From positions 1,536,001 to 1,600,000 of the forward strand of contig CAVQXP010000004.1 of assembly GCA_963717935.1 (NCBI GenBank): 64,000 nt of DNA, given 5' to 3'. This document shows, piece by piece, positions 29,508 through 40,394 of this stretch. Positions within the stretch are counted from its first letter, which is position 1. Each line of letters opens with the position of its first letter. Source of the stretch: Candidatus Eiseniibacteriota bacterium (GTDB taxonomy: Bacteria; Eisenbacteria; RBG-16-71-46). Position numbers and translations under genes: made by a program. The notes under the pieces were generated by a model. It worked only from the letters and a program-made list of their open reading frames with translations, ran no database searches and was not told the origin of the DNA.

Positions 29508-29828
29508 CGAGGAGGGGGGCGCATGTGGTGGCCGTGAGGGTGGGGGGCGTGCGAGCTAAGATGTTGTGCGGCAGGTAGGTAGGCCTGCAACCCGCCTGCC
29601 GGACCACGTTCTGGTTGCCTTCCGGCACCGCATGGCGCATAGTCACCGCGTCTTCGGTTGATTGGGATGTGGGTCAGACGTTTCGATTCCGCCAGGGACA
29701 AAAACCCTGGCGTTTCTGTTAGCCCGCGTCCCGTCATCTGGAGTACCGGTCACTGTGACCGGCCGTCGCCGCCACGTGAATGGGCGGCAAAGAACAGGGT
29801 CCTCGGACCCGGCATCAAGGAGTTTCAA

Positions 29829-30029
29829 GTGGCTCGTGGCACGGTGAAGTGGTTCAACGAAGCGAAGGGGTTCGGATTCATCTCCCAGGAGGGTGGCGAG
29901 GACGTGTTCGTGCACTTCTCGGCCATCAGCGGCGACGGTTTCAAGACGCTCGCCGAGGGTGAGGCGCTGGAGTTCGACGTCACGCGGGGCCCGAAGGGCC
30001 TGCAGGCGGCGAACGTCCGCAAAGTCTAG
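29829..30029 (+). CDS. Cold-shock protein
   Basis: [15 protein letters not shown]...DVFVHFSAI...[19 protein letters not shown]. Confidence 0.96.
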   Translation: MARGTVKWFNEAKGFGFISQEGGEDVFVHFSAISGDGFKTLAEGEALEFDVTRGPKGLQAANVRKV

Positions 30030-30057
30030 TCCGCTCCGGGTACCACTTCACGCCAGC

Positions 30058-30085
30058 GAGGCGGCGTCCGTCAGGACGCCGCCTC
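30058..30085 (+). terminator. Hairpin after csp
   Basis: GAGGCGGCGTCC-gtca-GGACGCCGCCTC, 12-bp stem. Confidence 0.6.
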
Positions 30086-30216
30086 AGGCGTTTCAGGGCC
30101 GGGAGCCCGGCCTGCGCCTTTCGGCGCCTTCGTCGTGTTATTCTGGCGGACGCCTTCGGCGCGCAACACGTGAAACGAGCGAAAGCCGCGGACCAGGAAC
30201 CGACCCGGAGCCGACG

Positions 30217-31374
30217 ATGAGCGAGCGACTGAGCGCCACCGATTTGATCGCGCTGATCCGACGTGTGTTCCGCCCCACCGCAGACGACGTGCGCCTCGGG
30301 ATCCTGGTGGATCTGCCCGATGGCCGCGTCGCCGACCGTCCGGAGTGGAAGGAGCGGCGACGGATGGCCGCCGACTGGGCTGGCCAGTTGCAGCAGCACC
30401 GTGACCAGCTCGGGCTCGACGTGAGCCTCGTGCTCTACCGCAACGTGGGGATGGGCAATGCGGACCTCCCGGCCCAGGTGTGGATCGGCTCGCCCACGGC
30501 CGTCCCCGACACGGCGGATGCGCTCGAGCCGGCCGCGGCCGTGCCCCTGGAACAGGTGCTGGGCAGCCACTCCCTGCTGCTGGCCCCGACCGAGTTCTCC
30601 GCCACCGCGCCGCTCAAGCTGCTGGCGAGGACGCACCGCTTCCGCGCGGCGACCATGCCCGGGTTCACGGCCGAGATGATCCCGGCCCTGCGGCTGGACT
30701 ACGGCGAGGTCCGGCGCCGGGTGGCGATCATGAAGACGTTGCTGGACCGCGCGACGCGGGCGACGATCGCCTTCGAAGTGGACGGCCGGGACGCGCACAC
30801 GCTGGTGCTCGACCTGCGGCACCGTCAGGCGCACGCCTCGGACGGGATCCTCGAGACGCCGGGCATCGCGGGGAACCTCCCCTCGGGCGAGGCCTACATC
30901 GTCCCCTACGAAGGTGAGCTGCCCGGGGTGCCCAGCGAGTCGGCGGGACGACTGCCGGTGCAGTTCGGTGCGGACGTGGTGGTCTTCGAGATCGAAGCGA
31001 ACCAGGCCGTGCGCGTGACGGGCGAGGGCAAGGCCGCTGCGGAGCAGGCGGCGTGGCTCGCCGCCGAGCCGGCGTACGGCAACCTGGCCGAGCTGGGGCT
31101 CGGGGTGCTGGCCGACCTCGGGGTCCAGCCCACGGGGGAGATCCTGCTGGACGAGAAGCTGGGGTTGCACGTCGCCTTCGGACGCAGCGACCACTTCGGT
31201 GGCCAGGTGGGCGCGGCGCGGTTCTCGAAGCCGGAGGCCGTCGTGCACATCGATCGCATCTACCTGCCGGGCCTGCAGCCGCGCATCGTCCCGCGCGCGG
31301 TCGACCTGCTCGACGAGGACGGCCGCACGGTCGCGCTGATGCGCGACGGCGTGTACGCGCCCGGGTTGCTCTGA
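30217..31374 (+). CDS. M29-like aminopeptidase
   Basis: GNLPSGEAY, NLAELGLG, LLDEK, HVAFG and VHID motifs. Confidence 0.75.
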   Translation: MSERLSATDLIALIRRVFRPTADDVRLGILVDLPDGRVADRPEWKERRRMAADWAGQLQQHRDQLGLDVSLVLYRNVGMGNADLPAQVWIGSPTAVPDTADALEPAAAVPLEQVLGSHSLLLAPTEFSATAPLKLLARTHRFRAATMPGFTAEMIPALRLDYGEVRRRVAIMKTLLDRATRATIAFEVDGRDAHTLVLDLRHRQAHASDGILETPGIAGNLPSGEAYIVPYEGELPGVPSESAGRLPVQFGADVVVFEIEANQAVRVTGEGKAAAEQAAWLAAEPAYGNLAELGLGVLADLGVQPTGEILLDEKLGLHVAFGRSDHFGGQVGAARFSKPEAVVHIDRIYLPGLQPRIVPRAVDLLDEDGRTVALMRDGVYAPGLL

Positions 31375-31405
31375 GCCGGGCACAAACGGCGTGAGGGTCG
31401 CTGGC

Positions 31406-32566
31406 ATGAAGTTCTCGAGGCGCTGGCTGGTCGTGGCGGGGGTCGTGTTCATCGTCGTCGTGTCGTGGCGGATCCTGGCGCCCGGCCCCCGCGGGATCGA
31501 GGTCGAGGCCGCCGTCGTCGCGCGCGGTCCGGTCGAGGACGCGGTCACGAACAGCCAGGCGGGCACGGTGAGGTCCCGCCAGCGCTCGCGCCTGGGCGCG
31601 GCGGCCGCGGGCCGCGTCACCGCCATCCTGCGGCGCGAGGGCGCGCGCGTGAGCCGGGGCGAGCTGCTCGTCCAGATCGACGACCTCACGGCGCGCGGCC
31701 AGCTCGAGGTCGCGCGCCGTGACGTCGCCGCGGCGAGGGCGGGCCTGGCGTCGGCCCAGGCCGCGGCCACGCTCGCGCGGAGCGAATTCGAGCGCGCGAG
31801 CCGGCTGTTCCGCGACCGGCTCACCTCCCAGGAGACGATGGACCAGTCGCGTTCGCGCGACCAGTCGGCCGTCGCCGGGCTCGAGGGCGCCCAGGCCCAG
31901 CTCGACCGGGCCCAGGCGGCCCTCCAGCTGACCACGGACGCCTTCGCCACCCTGCGGGTCGTCGCCCCGTTCAACGGCGTGGTCACCCAGCGCTTCGTCG
32001 AGGTGGGTGAGGCGGTGGTGCCGGGGCAGCCGGTGCTCGAGGTCATCAACCCCGACAGCCTCTATGTCAGCGCGCCCATCGACGAGATGGACATCGGCCG
32101 GCTGCGCGTCGGCCTGCCCGGGCGCGTCTCGCTCGACCCGTATCCGGGCGTGGTCTGGCGCGGGACCGTGACGCGCGTGGCCCCGTTCGTGAACGACGTG
32201 CTCCAGCAGAACCGCACGCTCGAGATCGAGGTGGCGCTGCCCCCGGAGCCCGGACATCCGGTCCCGAAGCCGGGGGCCTCCGCCGACGTCGAGATCGTGC
32301 TGCGCCGCCGGGACGACGTGCTGCGGGTGCCGACCGCCGCCGTGCTCGAGGGGCACCGGGTGCTCGTGGTCGAGCGCGGCAAGGCGCGCTCGCGCGAGGT
32401 GAAGGTCGGGCTCCACGACTGGGAGTGGAGCGAGGTCCTTTCCGGGCTCCGCGGCGGGGAGACGGTCGTCACCAGCCTCGACCGGCAGGGGCTCAAGGAC
32501 GGAGCGGCCGTGGCGGTCAGGACGGCGCCCGCCGGGGCCGCGCGCGGGGCCGCGGGCGGGTCATGA
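31406..32566 (+). CDS. MacA-type membrane fusion protein
   Basis: N-terminal TM, APFNGVV, IDEMDIG; followed by ABC genes. Confidence 0.85.
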   Translation: MKFSRRWLVVAGVVFIVVVSWRILAPGPRGIEVEAAVVARGPVEDAVTNSQAGTVRSRQRSRLGAAAAGRVTAILRREGARVSRGELLVQIDDLTARGQLEVARRDVAAARAGLASAQAAATLARSEFERASRLFRDRLTSQETMDQSRSRDQSAVAGLEGAQAQLDRAQAALQLTTDAFATLRVVAPFNGVVTQRFVEVGEAVVPGQPVLEVINPDSLYVSAPIDEMDIGRLRVGLPGRVSLDPYPGVVWRGTVTRVAPFVNDVLQQNRTLEIEVALPPEPGHPVPKPGASADVEIVLRRRDDVLRVPTAAVLEGHRVLVVERGKARSREVKVGLHDWEWSEVLSGLRGGETVVTSLDRQGLKDGAAVAVRTAPAGAARGAAGGS

Positions 32567-33339
32567 ACGGAGCGGCGCGCGGGAACGGGGCCGCCGCGGG
32601 GGCATCGGGCGCGGAGCGGTCGCGCGCCGCCGCCGTCATCCGGCTCGAGGGCGTGACGCGCACCTACCGGGTGGGGGAGTCCGAGGTCCGCGCGGTGGAC
32701 GGCGTCACACTCACCGTCCGCCGCGGCGAGTTCGTGGCGCTGATGGGGCCGTCGGGCTCGGGCAAGTCCACGCTCCTGAACCTGATCGGCTGCCTCGACA
32801 CGCCGACCGCGGGCACCTACGCGCTCGAGGGCGAGCCGGTGGAGGGGCTCTCCGAGGACCGCCTCGCCGAGGTGCGCCAGCGCCGGATCGGCTTCATCTT
32901 CCAGGCCTATCACCTGGTGCCGCGCATGACGGCGGCGCGCAACGTCGAGCTGCCGATGATCCTCGCCGGCGTGCCCCCGGCCGAGCGGCGCGAGCGGGTG
33001 GCGCGGGCGCTCGCGGCCGTCGGCCTCGCGCCCCGCGCGCACCATCGTCCCGACCAGCTCTCCGGCGGCGAGCGCCAGCGCGTGGCCATCGCCCGCGCCA
33101 CCATCAACCAGCCCGCCATCCTGCTCGCGGACGAGCCGACCGGGAACCTCGACACGCGGGCGGGCGGCGAGATCGTCGCCCTGCTCGAGGGGCTCAACCG
33201 CGACGGGCTCACGATCGTGCTCGTCACCCACGATCCCGGCGTGGCGGCGCACGCCGGGCGCATCCTGCACATGCGCGACGGCCGCATCCTGACGGAGGAC
33301 CCGCCGGTCGGGGCCGAGGCGCCCGGGGGCCGCGCGTGA
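32563..33339 (+). CDS. ABC ATPase (MacB/LolD type)
   Basis: GPSGSGKST, LSGGERQRVAIAR and LADEPTGNLD motifs. Confidence 0.93.
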   Translation: MNGAARGNGAAAGASGAERSRAAAVIRLEGVTRTYRVGESEVRAVDGVTLTVRRGEFVALMGPSGSGKSTLLNLIGCLDTPTAGTYALEGEPVEGLSEDRLAEVRQRRIGFIFQAYHLVPRMTAARNVELPMILAGVPPAERRERVARALAAVGLAPRAHHRPDQLSGGERQRVAIARATINQPAILLADEPTGNLDTRAGGEIVALLEGLNRDGLTIVLVTHDPGVAAHAGRILHMRDGRILTEDPPVGAEAPGGRA

Positions 33340-34556
33340 GCGGCGCGTTCCGCGGCGGGGACCTGCTCGGTCTCGCGTCCGAGTCGCTGCGGCTCCACCG
33401 CATGCGCACGGGGCTCACGCTGACGGCCATCGTCATCGGGGTGATCGCCGTGCTCCTGCTCACCACGCTCGGCGAGGCCGCCCGGAGCTACGTCGTGGAC
33501 CAGTTCGCGAGCATCGGCACGAACCTGATCATGGTCCAGCCCGGCAAGACCGAGACCACCGGCATGCCGCAGCCCCTCGGCGGCACGGTGCGCCCGCTGA
33601 CCATCGAGGACGTGGTGGCCATCGCGCACGAGTCGCCGTCCGTGAGCCGGGCAGCGCCCATCGCCCTGGGCACGGCGCGCTTCGAATACGCCGGCCGGAC
33701 GCGCGACGTCCGCGTGGTCGGCACCACCGCCGAGTACCAGCAGGTCCGCAACATGCGGCTGCTCTCGGGCAGCTTCCTGCCTCCGGGGGACCCGCGCCGC
33801 GGTGGGGCGGTGGCGGTGCTCGGGCGCACGGTGGCCCGCGAGGTGTTCGGCAGCGAGAGCCCGCTCGGCCGCCCGGTGCGGATCGGGCTGTGGCGCTTCC
33901 GCGTCGTCGGCGTGCTCGAATCCAAGGGGCAGGCATTCGGCATGAACATCGACGACTCGGTGGTGGTGCCGGCGGCGACCGCGCTGCGCATGTTCGACCA
34001 GCGCAGCCTGTTCCACGTCGCCCTGCAGGCCCGCGACGCCGCGCTCATCGCCTCGGCGCGCGAGCAGGCGCGGCGGGTGCTGCTGCGCCGGCACGACGGC
34101 GATGAGGACTTCACCATCGTCACCCAGGATGCCATGCTGGCCACGTTCCAGTCCGTCATCCGGGCCCTCACGGCGGCGCTCGCCGGCATCGCCGCCATCT
34201 CGCTCGCGGTGGCGGGCATCGGCATCATGAACGTCATGCTGGTCTCGGTCTCCGAGCGCACGGCCGAGGTCGGACTGCTGAAGGCCCTGGGCGCGAGCCG
34301 GCCGCAGATCCTGTCGCTGTTCCTCACCGAGGCCCTGCTGCTCTCGGGCGCCGGGGCACTGGCGGGGGTCGCGCTCGGGGTCGCCATCGTGTTCGCCGCG
34401 GCGCTGCTCTGGCCGGACCTGCCGCTGCGCCCGAGCCCGATGTGGATCGGCGCGGTCAGCGCGCTCACGCTGGCCGCCGGGCTCGCCTTCGGCCTGATGC
34501 CGGCGCGCCGCGCCGCGCGCTTGCAGGCGGCCCAGGCGCTGCGGGGGCGCATGTGA
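33336..34556 (+). CDS. MacB/FtsX-type ABC permease
   Basis: GIGIMNVMLVSVSERTAEVGLLKALGA. Confidence 0.9.
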   Translation: MSGAFRGGDLLGLASESLRLHRMRTGLTLTAIVIGVIAVLLLTTLGEAARSYVVDQFASIGTNLIMVQPGKTETTGMPQPLGGTVRPLTIEDVVAIAHESPSVSRAAPIALGTARFEYAGRTRDVRVVGTTAEYQQVRNMRLLSGSFLPPGDPRRGGAVAVLGRTVAREVFGSESPLGRPVRIGLWRFRVVGVLESKGQAFGMNIDDSVVVPAATALRMFDQRSLFHVALQARDAALIASAREQARRVLLRRHDGDEDFTIVTQDAMLATFQSVIRALTAALAGIAAISLAVAGIGIMNVMLVSVSERTAEVGLLKALGASRPQILSLFLTEALLLSGAGALAGVALGVAIVFAAALLWPDLPLRPSPMWIGAVSALTLAAGLAFGLMPARRAARLQAAQALRGRM

Positions 34557-35755
34557 GCCTCGCCGACCTGTTCGGGCTCGCGCTCGAGGCGCTGCGCGGC
34601 CACCGGCTGCGCTACGCGCTGACGGCGCTGGCCGTGGCCGTCGGCATCAGCGCCGTGGTGCTGCTGTCCTCCATCGGCGAGGGCACCCGCCGCTTCATCG
34701 TCGGGCAGATGAGCCAGTTCGGCACGACCATCATCGGCGTCTACCCGGGCCGCACGCAGACCGGCGGCATGCCCGGCATGGTCTCCGGCAGCGTGCGCAA
34801 GCTCTCCCTCGACGACGCACGGGCGCTCACGCGCCTGCCGGGCGTGACGGGCGTGGTGCCCACCGTCTACGGCACCGCCGTCTACGAATACGCCGGACGC
34901 TCGCGGCGCACGTTCGTGTTCGGGGTCACGTCGCAAGCGACGCGGGTCTGGTCCATGCACGTCGTCAGCGGGCAATTCCTGCCGGCGATGGACTTCGACC
35001 GCGGCTCGCCGGTGGTCGTGCTGGGCCCCCGGGTCAAGCGCGAGCTGTTCGGCCTGGACAACGCGCTGGGCGCGACCATCCGCATCGGCGAATCGCGCTT
35101 CCGGGTGGTGGGCGTCATGGAGTCCAAGGGCCAGATGCTCGGCTTCGACCTCGACGATGCCGCCTACATCCCGGTGGCGAACGCCATGCGGCTGCTCAAC
35201 CGGCCCGAGATCGACGAGCTCGACGTGCTGGCCGCCTCGCCCGACGACATCGAGCCGGTGGCCGAGCGCATCCGCCGGACCCTCATCGAGCGCCACGACC
35301 GGCGCGAGGACTTCACCATCATGACCCAGAAGGAGGGGCTGGAGATGGTGAACAACATCCTCAACATCGTCTCCGCGGTGGTCACGGGCATCGCCGCCAT
35401 CAGCCTGCTGGTGGGGGCCATCGGCATCCTGACCATCATGTGGATCGTGGTGCAGGAGCGCGTGGCCGAGATCGGGCTGGTCAAGGCCCTGGGCGCCACC
35501 CGCGGGCAGATCCTGAGCTGGTACATGGTGGAGGCGGGGCTGACGGCGCTGGCGGGCGGCGTGGCGGGACTGCTGTTGGGAGTGGGGGGCGCCGCATTGC
35601 TGCAGAACGCGGTGCCGGGTCTCGAGAGCTACACCTCGCCCCTCACGGTATTGATGGCGCTGGCGGTCTCGTTCGCCGTCGGACTGGCGGCCGGCGTGGC
35701 GCCGGCGTTGCGCGCGGCGCGGCTCGACCCCATCGAGGCGCTGCACGGGGAGTAG
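34553..35755 (+). CDS. MacB/FtsX-type ABC permease (paralog)
   Basis: VQERVAEIGLVKALGA...PALRAARLDPIEAL. Confidence 0.9.
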   Translation: MSLADLFGLALEALRGHRLRYALTALAVAVGISAVVLLSSIGEGTRRFIVGQMSQFGTTIIGVYPGRTQTGGMPGMVSGSVRKLSLDDARALTRLPGVTGVVPTVYGTAVYEYAGRSRRTFVFGVTSQATRVWSMHVVSGQFLPAMDFDRGSPVVVLGPRVKRELFGLDNALGATIRIGESRFRVVGVMESKGQMLGFDLDDAAYIPVANAMRLLNRPEIDELDVLAASPDDIEPVAERIRRTLIERHDRREDFTIMTQKEGLEMVNNILNIVSAVVTGIAAISLLVGAIGILTIMWIVVQERVAEIGLVKALGATRGQILSWYMVEAGLTALAGGVAGLLLGVGGAALLQNAVPGLESYTSPLTVLMALAVSFAVGLAAGVAPALRAARLDPIEALHGE

Positions 35756-35773
35756 GCGCGGGCGGACGGGCGC

Positions 35774-36361
35774 CTAGCCGGTCGTGCCGCCCCGCCCGGG
35801 TTCCAGGTCCTCCGGCCCGTTCCAGTTCACGAACTGGCCGACGTCCTGCGGCGGGCACGGGCACTCGTCCAGCAGACCGGCCTCCACGCCGTGGCGGACG
35901 AGTCCCGTCATCGCCGGGCGTCCTTCGGCCAGCAGGGCCGCGGCGGCCGGCTGCAGCGCCTTCGGATAGTAGGCCGCCAGGGGCTCGAGGCCCTGCGCGG
36001 TGCGCGGCACCACCCCGCGGCCCGCGCGGCAGCGCCCGGCCAGCCCGCGCAGGAAGTCCGCCGTCAGGTCCGGCAGGTCCACGGCCAGCACCAGCAGCAG
36101 CGGGCTGTGCGACTTGCCGAGCGCGCGCTCGACGCCGGCCAGCGGGCCGAGGTCCGCGAAGCGGTCCAGGAGCACCGGCAGGCCGAACGCGCCGTAGTCC
36201 GCCCCGGGCCGGCCGGAGATGAAGATCTCCGCGGGCGCGAGTTCGCGGGCGAGCCCGACCTGCCGCGCCAGCAGGGTCGTGCCCCGGCAGGGGAGGAACG
36301 CCTTGTCCTGCTGCATGCGGCTGGATCGCCCGCCCGCCAGGATCACCGCGCTGAACCGCAT
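35774..36361 (-). CDS. mobA: Molybdenum cofactor guanylyltransferase
   Basis: ILAGGRSSRMQQDKA, GPLAG, AVDLP and EPLAAYY motifs; divergent from a bis-MGD enzyme. Confidence 0.88.
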   Translation of the reverse strand: MRFSAVILAGGRSSRMQQDKAFLPCRGTTLLARQVGLARELAPAEIFISGRPGADYGAFGLPVLLDRFADLGPLAGVERALGKSHSPLLLVLAVDLPDLTADFLRGLAGRCRAGRGVVPRTAQGLEPLAAYYPKALQPAAAALLAEGRPAMTGLVRHGVEAGLLDECPCPPQDVGQFVNWNGPEDLEPGRGGTTG

Positions 36362-36498
36362 CCGCTCACCGCCTCCCTGTCTGAGACTGGTCCTGCTGGA
36401 CGCTCCGACGGCCCGCACAAGGTAGAGGCTGGCTGGTTCCCTCGCCACTCCCGGATCCTCCGCGTGCGGAGCGCCGGGGAGCGTTGGCCGGATCGTCA

Positions 36499-36525
36499 GA
36501 ATCCTGAGAATCCTGCGAATCCTCC
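36499..36525. repeat. 9-bp tandem repeat x3
   Basis: GAATCCTGA GAATCCTGC GAATCCTCC. Confidence 0.7.
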
Positions 36526-36667
36526 TGCCGTGCCCCGTGCTCCAACGGTCTGGGCTCCACTCGGCCCGAACGCGCCAAGACCCTCGTGCACAAATGCTTG
36601 CGATTCTGCCGGCCGGCTGCTAATCATCAGGCCGTCCCCGAGCAGTCCCGCCATCACGGAGAACACC

Positions 36668-38871
36668 ATGCAGGCCCTGTCCCGCAGGCGGTTCCTCCAG
36701 GTCTCGGCCGGTGCTGCGAGTCTCGCCGTCGCCGGTGGCGCCGCGACGCAGGCCCGCTCGGCCCGCGAGCCGGGCGCCCGCGGCGCGGACCGGGTGCGCA
36801 AGGTCCCCACCTTCTGCGACGTCTGCTTCTGGAAGTGCGGCGCGATCGCCTACGTGAAGAACGATCGCCTGTGGAAGATCGAGGGCAACCCCGAGGATCC
36901 CCTGTCGCGCGGCCGCCTGTGTCCGCGCGGCACCGGCGGCGTGGGCGCCCACTTCGACACCCAGCGCCTGACCGCGCCGCTGATGCGCAAGCAGGTGCGC
37001 GGCGCCGAGGAGTGGGTCGCGGTGACCTGGGACGAGGCGCTCACGCACGTCGCCGGGAAGATGAAGGAGATCGCGGCGAAGCACGGCCCGGAGGCCATGG
37101 CGTTCTTCAGCCACGGCATCGGCGGCAACTTCCTCAAGCACACGCTCAAGGCCTACGGCACGCCGAACATCGCCGCCCCCTCGTACGCCCAGTGCCGCGG
37201 GCCGCGCGACGTGGGCTTCCAGCTCACCTTCGGCGAGGAGGTGGGCTCGCCCGAGCGCACCGACATCCGCAACGCGCGCTGCCTGACGCTGCTCGGCTCG
37301 CACCTGGGCGAGAACATGCACAACACCCAGGCCCAGGAGTTCGCCGAGGCGGTGGGCAGCGGCGCCTCGATCATCGTGGTCGACCCGCGCCTGTCGGTCG
37401 CGGCCAGCAAGGCGAAGTACTACCTGCCGATCAAGCCCGGCACCGACACCGCGCTGCTGCTGGCGTGGATGAACGTGCTGCTCGCCGAGGGCCTCTACGA
37501 TCGCGAGTACGTCGCCGCGCACGGCTTCGGCTTCGACGCCTTCGCGGCCGAGATCGCGCCCTTCACGCCGGAGTGGGCCTACCCGATCACGACCATCCCG
37601 CCCGAGCTGATCCGCGCGAGCGCGCGCGAGATGGCGCGCCACCGGCCGGCCAGCCTGGTGCACCCGGGACGCCACGTCACCTGGTACGGGAACGACGCGC
37701 AGCGCAGCCGGGCGATCGCGCTGCTCAACGCGCTGCTCGGCACCTGGGGCCGCAAGGGCGGCTTCTACCAGCCGGCCAGCATGGACGTGCCGGAGTATCC
37801 GTACCCGCCCTACCCGCACCCGGAGCGGGACCGGGCCGACAACCCGCGGAAGCGCTACCCGTTCGCCGAGACCGCCATCACGCACCGGCCTGCGCGACGC
37901 CACGCTCACGGGCGTGCCCTACCCGGTCAAGGGCTGGATGGTCTACGCCACCAACCTGCTCCAGGCGCTGCCCGACCAGGCGGAGACGCATCCGCGCCAT
38001 CCAGGCAGCTCGACCTGCTGGTCGTGCGTGGACGTGATCCCGAGCGAGATCGCGGGCTGGGCCGACGTGGTGCTGCCGGAGTCCGTCTACCTGGAACGCT
38101 ACGACGACCTGAACGTCGAGACCTTCCGCGAGCCGTTCATCGCGCTGCGCCAGCCGGTGGTCGAGGCGCCCGCCGACCAGAAGCCGAACTGGTGGATCGC
38201 GCGCGAGCTCGCGCTCAGGCTCGGGCTCCAGGCCTACTACCCGTGGAAGCACGTCGAGGAGTACCTCGACACCCGGCTCCGGGGGGCGGGCTCGAGCCTC
38301 GCCGAGCTCAAGACCCGGGGGATCGTGCGCGGCAAGCAGCCGCCGGTCTTCTACGAGGAGGGCGTCGCAGCCCGATCTTCCCGACGCCGTCGGGGAAGAT
38401 CGAGTTCTACTCGCTGCAACTGAAGGCGGCGGGCTTCGACCCGGTGCCGCGCTACCAGCCGACGCCGGAGCCGCCCCCGGGCGCGTTCCGCCTGCTCTAC
38501 GGCCGCGCGCCCATGCACTCGTTCAGCCGCACGCAGACCAACCCGCTGCTGCAGCGAGATGATGCAGCGAGAACGAGGTCTGGCTCAACGCCGCGTGGCG
38601 CGGCGCCTGGGGCTCGAGAGCGGCGCCTGGGTGCGCCTGCGCAACCAGGACGGCCGGCAGAGCAACCGCGTGCGGGTCCGGCCGACCGAGCGCATCCGCG
38701 GCGACTGCGTCTACATGGTCCACGGCTTCGGCCACACCGCGCGCGGGCTCCGGGCCGCGCTTCAAGCAGGGCGCCAGCGACGCGGGGCTCATCACCCGCT
38801 ACGAGCGCGACCCGCTCATGGGCGGCACCGGGATGAACGTCAACTTCGTCACCCTCGAGCCGGAGGCCTAG
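36668..38871 (+). CDS. Polysulfide/thiosulfate reductase catalytic subunit (PsrA/PhsA-like), several frameshifts
   Basis: Tat SRRRFLQ; CDVCFWKC...LCPRG Fe-S motif; AQCRGPR; ADVVLPESVYLER; PTPSGKIE; HSFSRTQ; YMVHGFGH. Confidence 0.85.
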
Positions 38872-38874
38872 GCC

Positions 38875-39416
38875 GTGGCGCGCTTCGGGATGGTCATCGA
38901 CACGGTCCGCTGCGTCGGGTGCATGGACTGCGTGGTCGCGTGCAAGACCGAGAACGAGGTGCCCGAGGGGCTGTGCCGCGACTGGATCGTGACCGAGGCC
39001 GCGGGCGCGTTCCCCGACACGCGCCTGGAGATCCGCAGCGAGCGCTGCAACCACTGCGACCATCCGCCCTGCGTGCACTGCTGCCCGACCGGGGCCAGCC
39101 ACGTCGAGGAATACGGCCACCTGGTGCAGATCACGAAGGAATCGTGCATCGGCTGCAAGGCCTGCCTGGCGTCGTGCCCCTACGATGCGCGCTACGTCCA
39201 TCCGCGAAGGCTACGCCGACAAGTGCACCTTCTGCGTGCACCGCGTGAAGGAGGGCCTGCCGCCCGCGTGCGTCGCGGTCTGCCCGACCCACTGCATGCA
39301 CTTCGGCGACCTCGACGATCCGCACAGCGAGGTGAGCCGGTTGCTGCGCCTCGCGCCGCCACCACGCGCTGCTGCCCGAGGCGGGGACCGGGCCGCGCAT
39401 CTTCTTCCTGACGTAG
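38875..39416 (+). CDS. 4Fe-4S subunit (PsrB/NrfC-like), frameshifted
   Basis: [38 protein letters not shown]...CVAVCP in another frame. Confidence 0.88.
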
Positions 39417-39436
39417 CCTGGGCCATGGGAGCCGCG

Positions 39437-40375
39437 ATGATCGAGTTCACGAACACGCGCGCCAATCACCTGGTCGACCCGTTCCTGCAGGTCTGGGGCT
39501 GGGAGATCCCGGTCTACCTGTTCCTCGGCGGGCTGGTCGCCGGGATGATGGCGATCGCCGGCTGGTTCCTGCTCGCGGAGCGCCAGCGCAGGTCGGACTG
39601 CGTCTGCTCCGTGCTGCCCGGCCTGAGCCTCGTGCTGCTGAGCCTCGGCATGGGCGCGCTGTTCCTGGACCTCGAGCACAAGCCCTACGTCTGGCGGCTC
39701 TACACCACCTTCCAGCTCACCTCGCCGATGTCGTGGGGCGCCTGGATCCTGGTCGCCGTCTACCCGGCGCTGCTCGGCGCGCTGCTGCTCCGCGTGCCGG
39801 CGTTCCTGGGCCGGCGCTTCCCGGCGCTCGCCGCCCTCTCGGACGGGCTGCGCGCGCGGGCCCCGGTGGTGCGCGGGATCGCCGCCGCCAACATCGGCCT
39901 CGGCGGGCTGCTCGGGATCTACACCGGCATCCTGCTGAGCGCGCTGGGCGCGCGGCCGCTGTGGAACAGCGCGGTGCTCGGGCCGCTGTTCCTGGCCTCG
40001 GGCCTCTCGAGCGCCGCCGCGCTGGTGCACATGGTGGCCCGCGACCGCGCGGAGAGCGAGTTGCTGGCGCGGGCCGACAACCGCTTCCTGCAGGCCGAGC
40101 TCGTCCTGCTCGCGCTGTTCCTGATCGGCCTGCTCTCGGCCACCCAGGTCCACATCCGCGCGGTCGGACTGCTGCTCGGCGGTCCGTTCACCGCGGTGTT
40201 CTGGGTGGGCGTCGTGGGCATCGGCATCGTCCTGCCGTTGTTCATCCAGTCGCTCGCGGTGAGCCACCGGATCCGTCACACGCCGGTCGCGCCGCTGCTG
40301 GTGCTGGCCGGCGGTCTGTTGCTGCGCTTCGTGATCGTCTACGCCGGGCAGGTGAGCCGCTGGGGCCCGGTCTGA
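39437..40375 (+). CDS. NrfD/PsrC membrane anchor
   Basis: WGWEIPVYLFLGG, FLDLEH, SPMSWGAWIL and YTGILL...RPLWN motifs. Confidence 0.9.
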   Translation: MIEFTNTRANHLVDPFLQVWGWEIPVYLFLGGLVAGMMAIAGWFLLAERQRRSDCVCSVLPGLSLVLLSLGMGALFLDLEHKPYVWRLYTTFQLTSPMSWGAWILVAVYPALLGALLLRVPAFLGRRFPALAALSDGLRARAPVVRGIAAANIGLGGLLGIYTGILLSALGARPLWNSAVLGPLFLASGLSSAAALVHMVARDRAESELLARADNRFLQAELVLLALFLIGLLSATQVHIRAVGLLLGGPFTAVFWVGVVGIGIVLPLFIQSLAVSHRIRHTPVAPLLVLAGGLLLRFVIVYAGQVSRWGPV

Positions 40376-40394
40376 TCCTTTGGAGGGAACGTCC

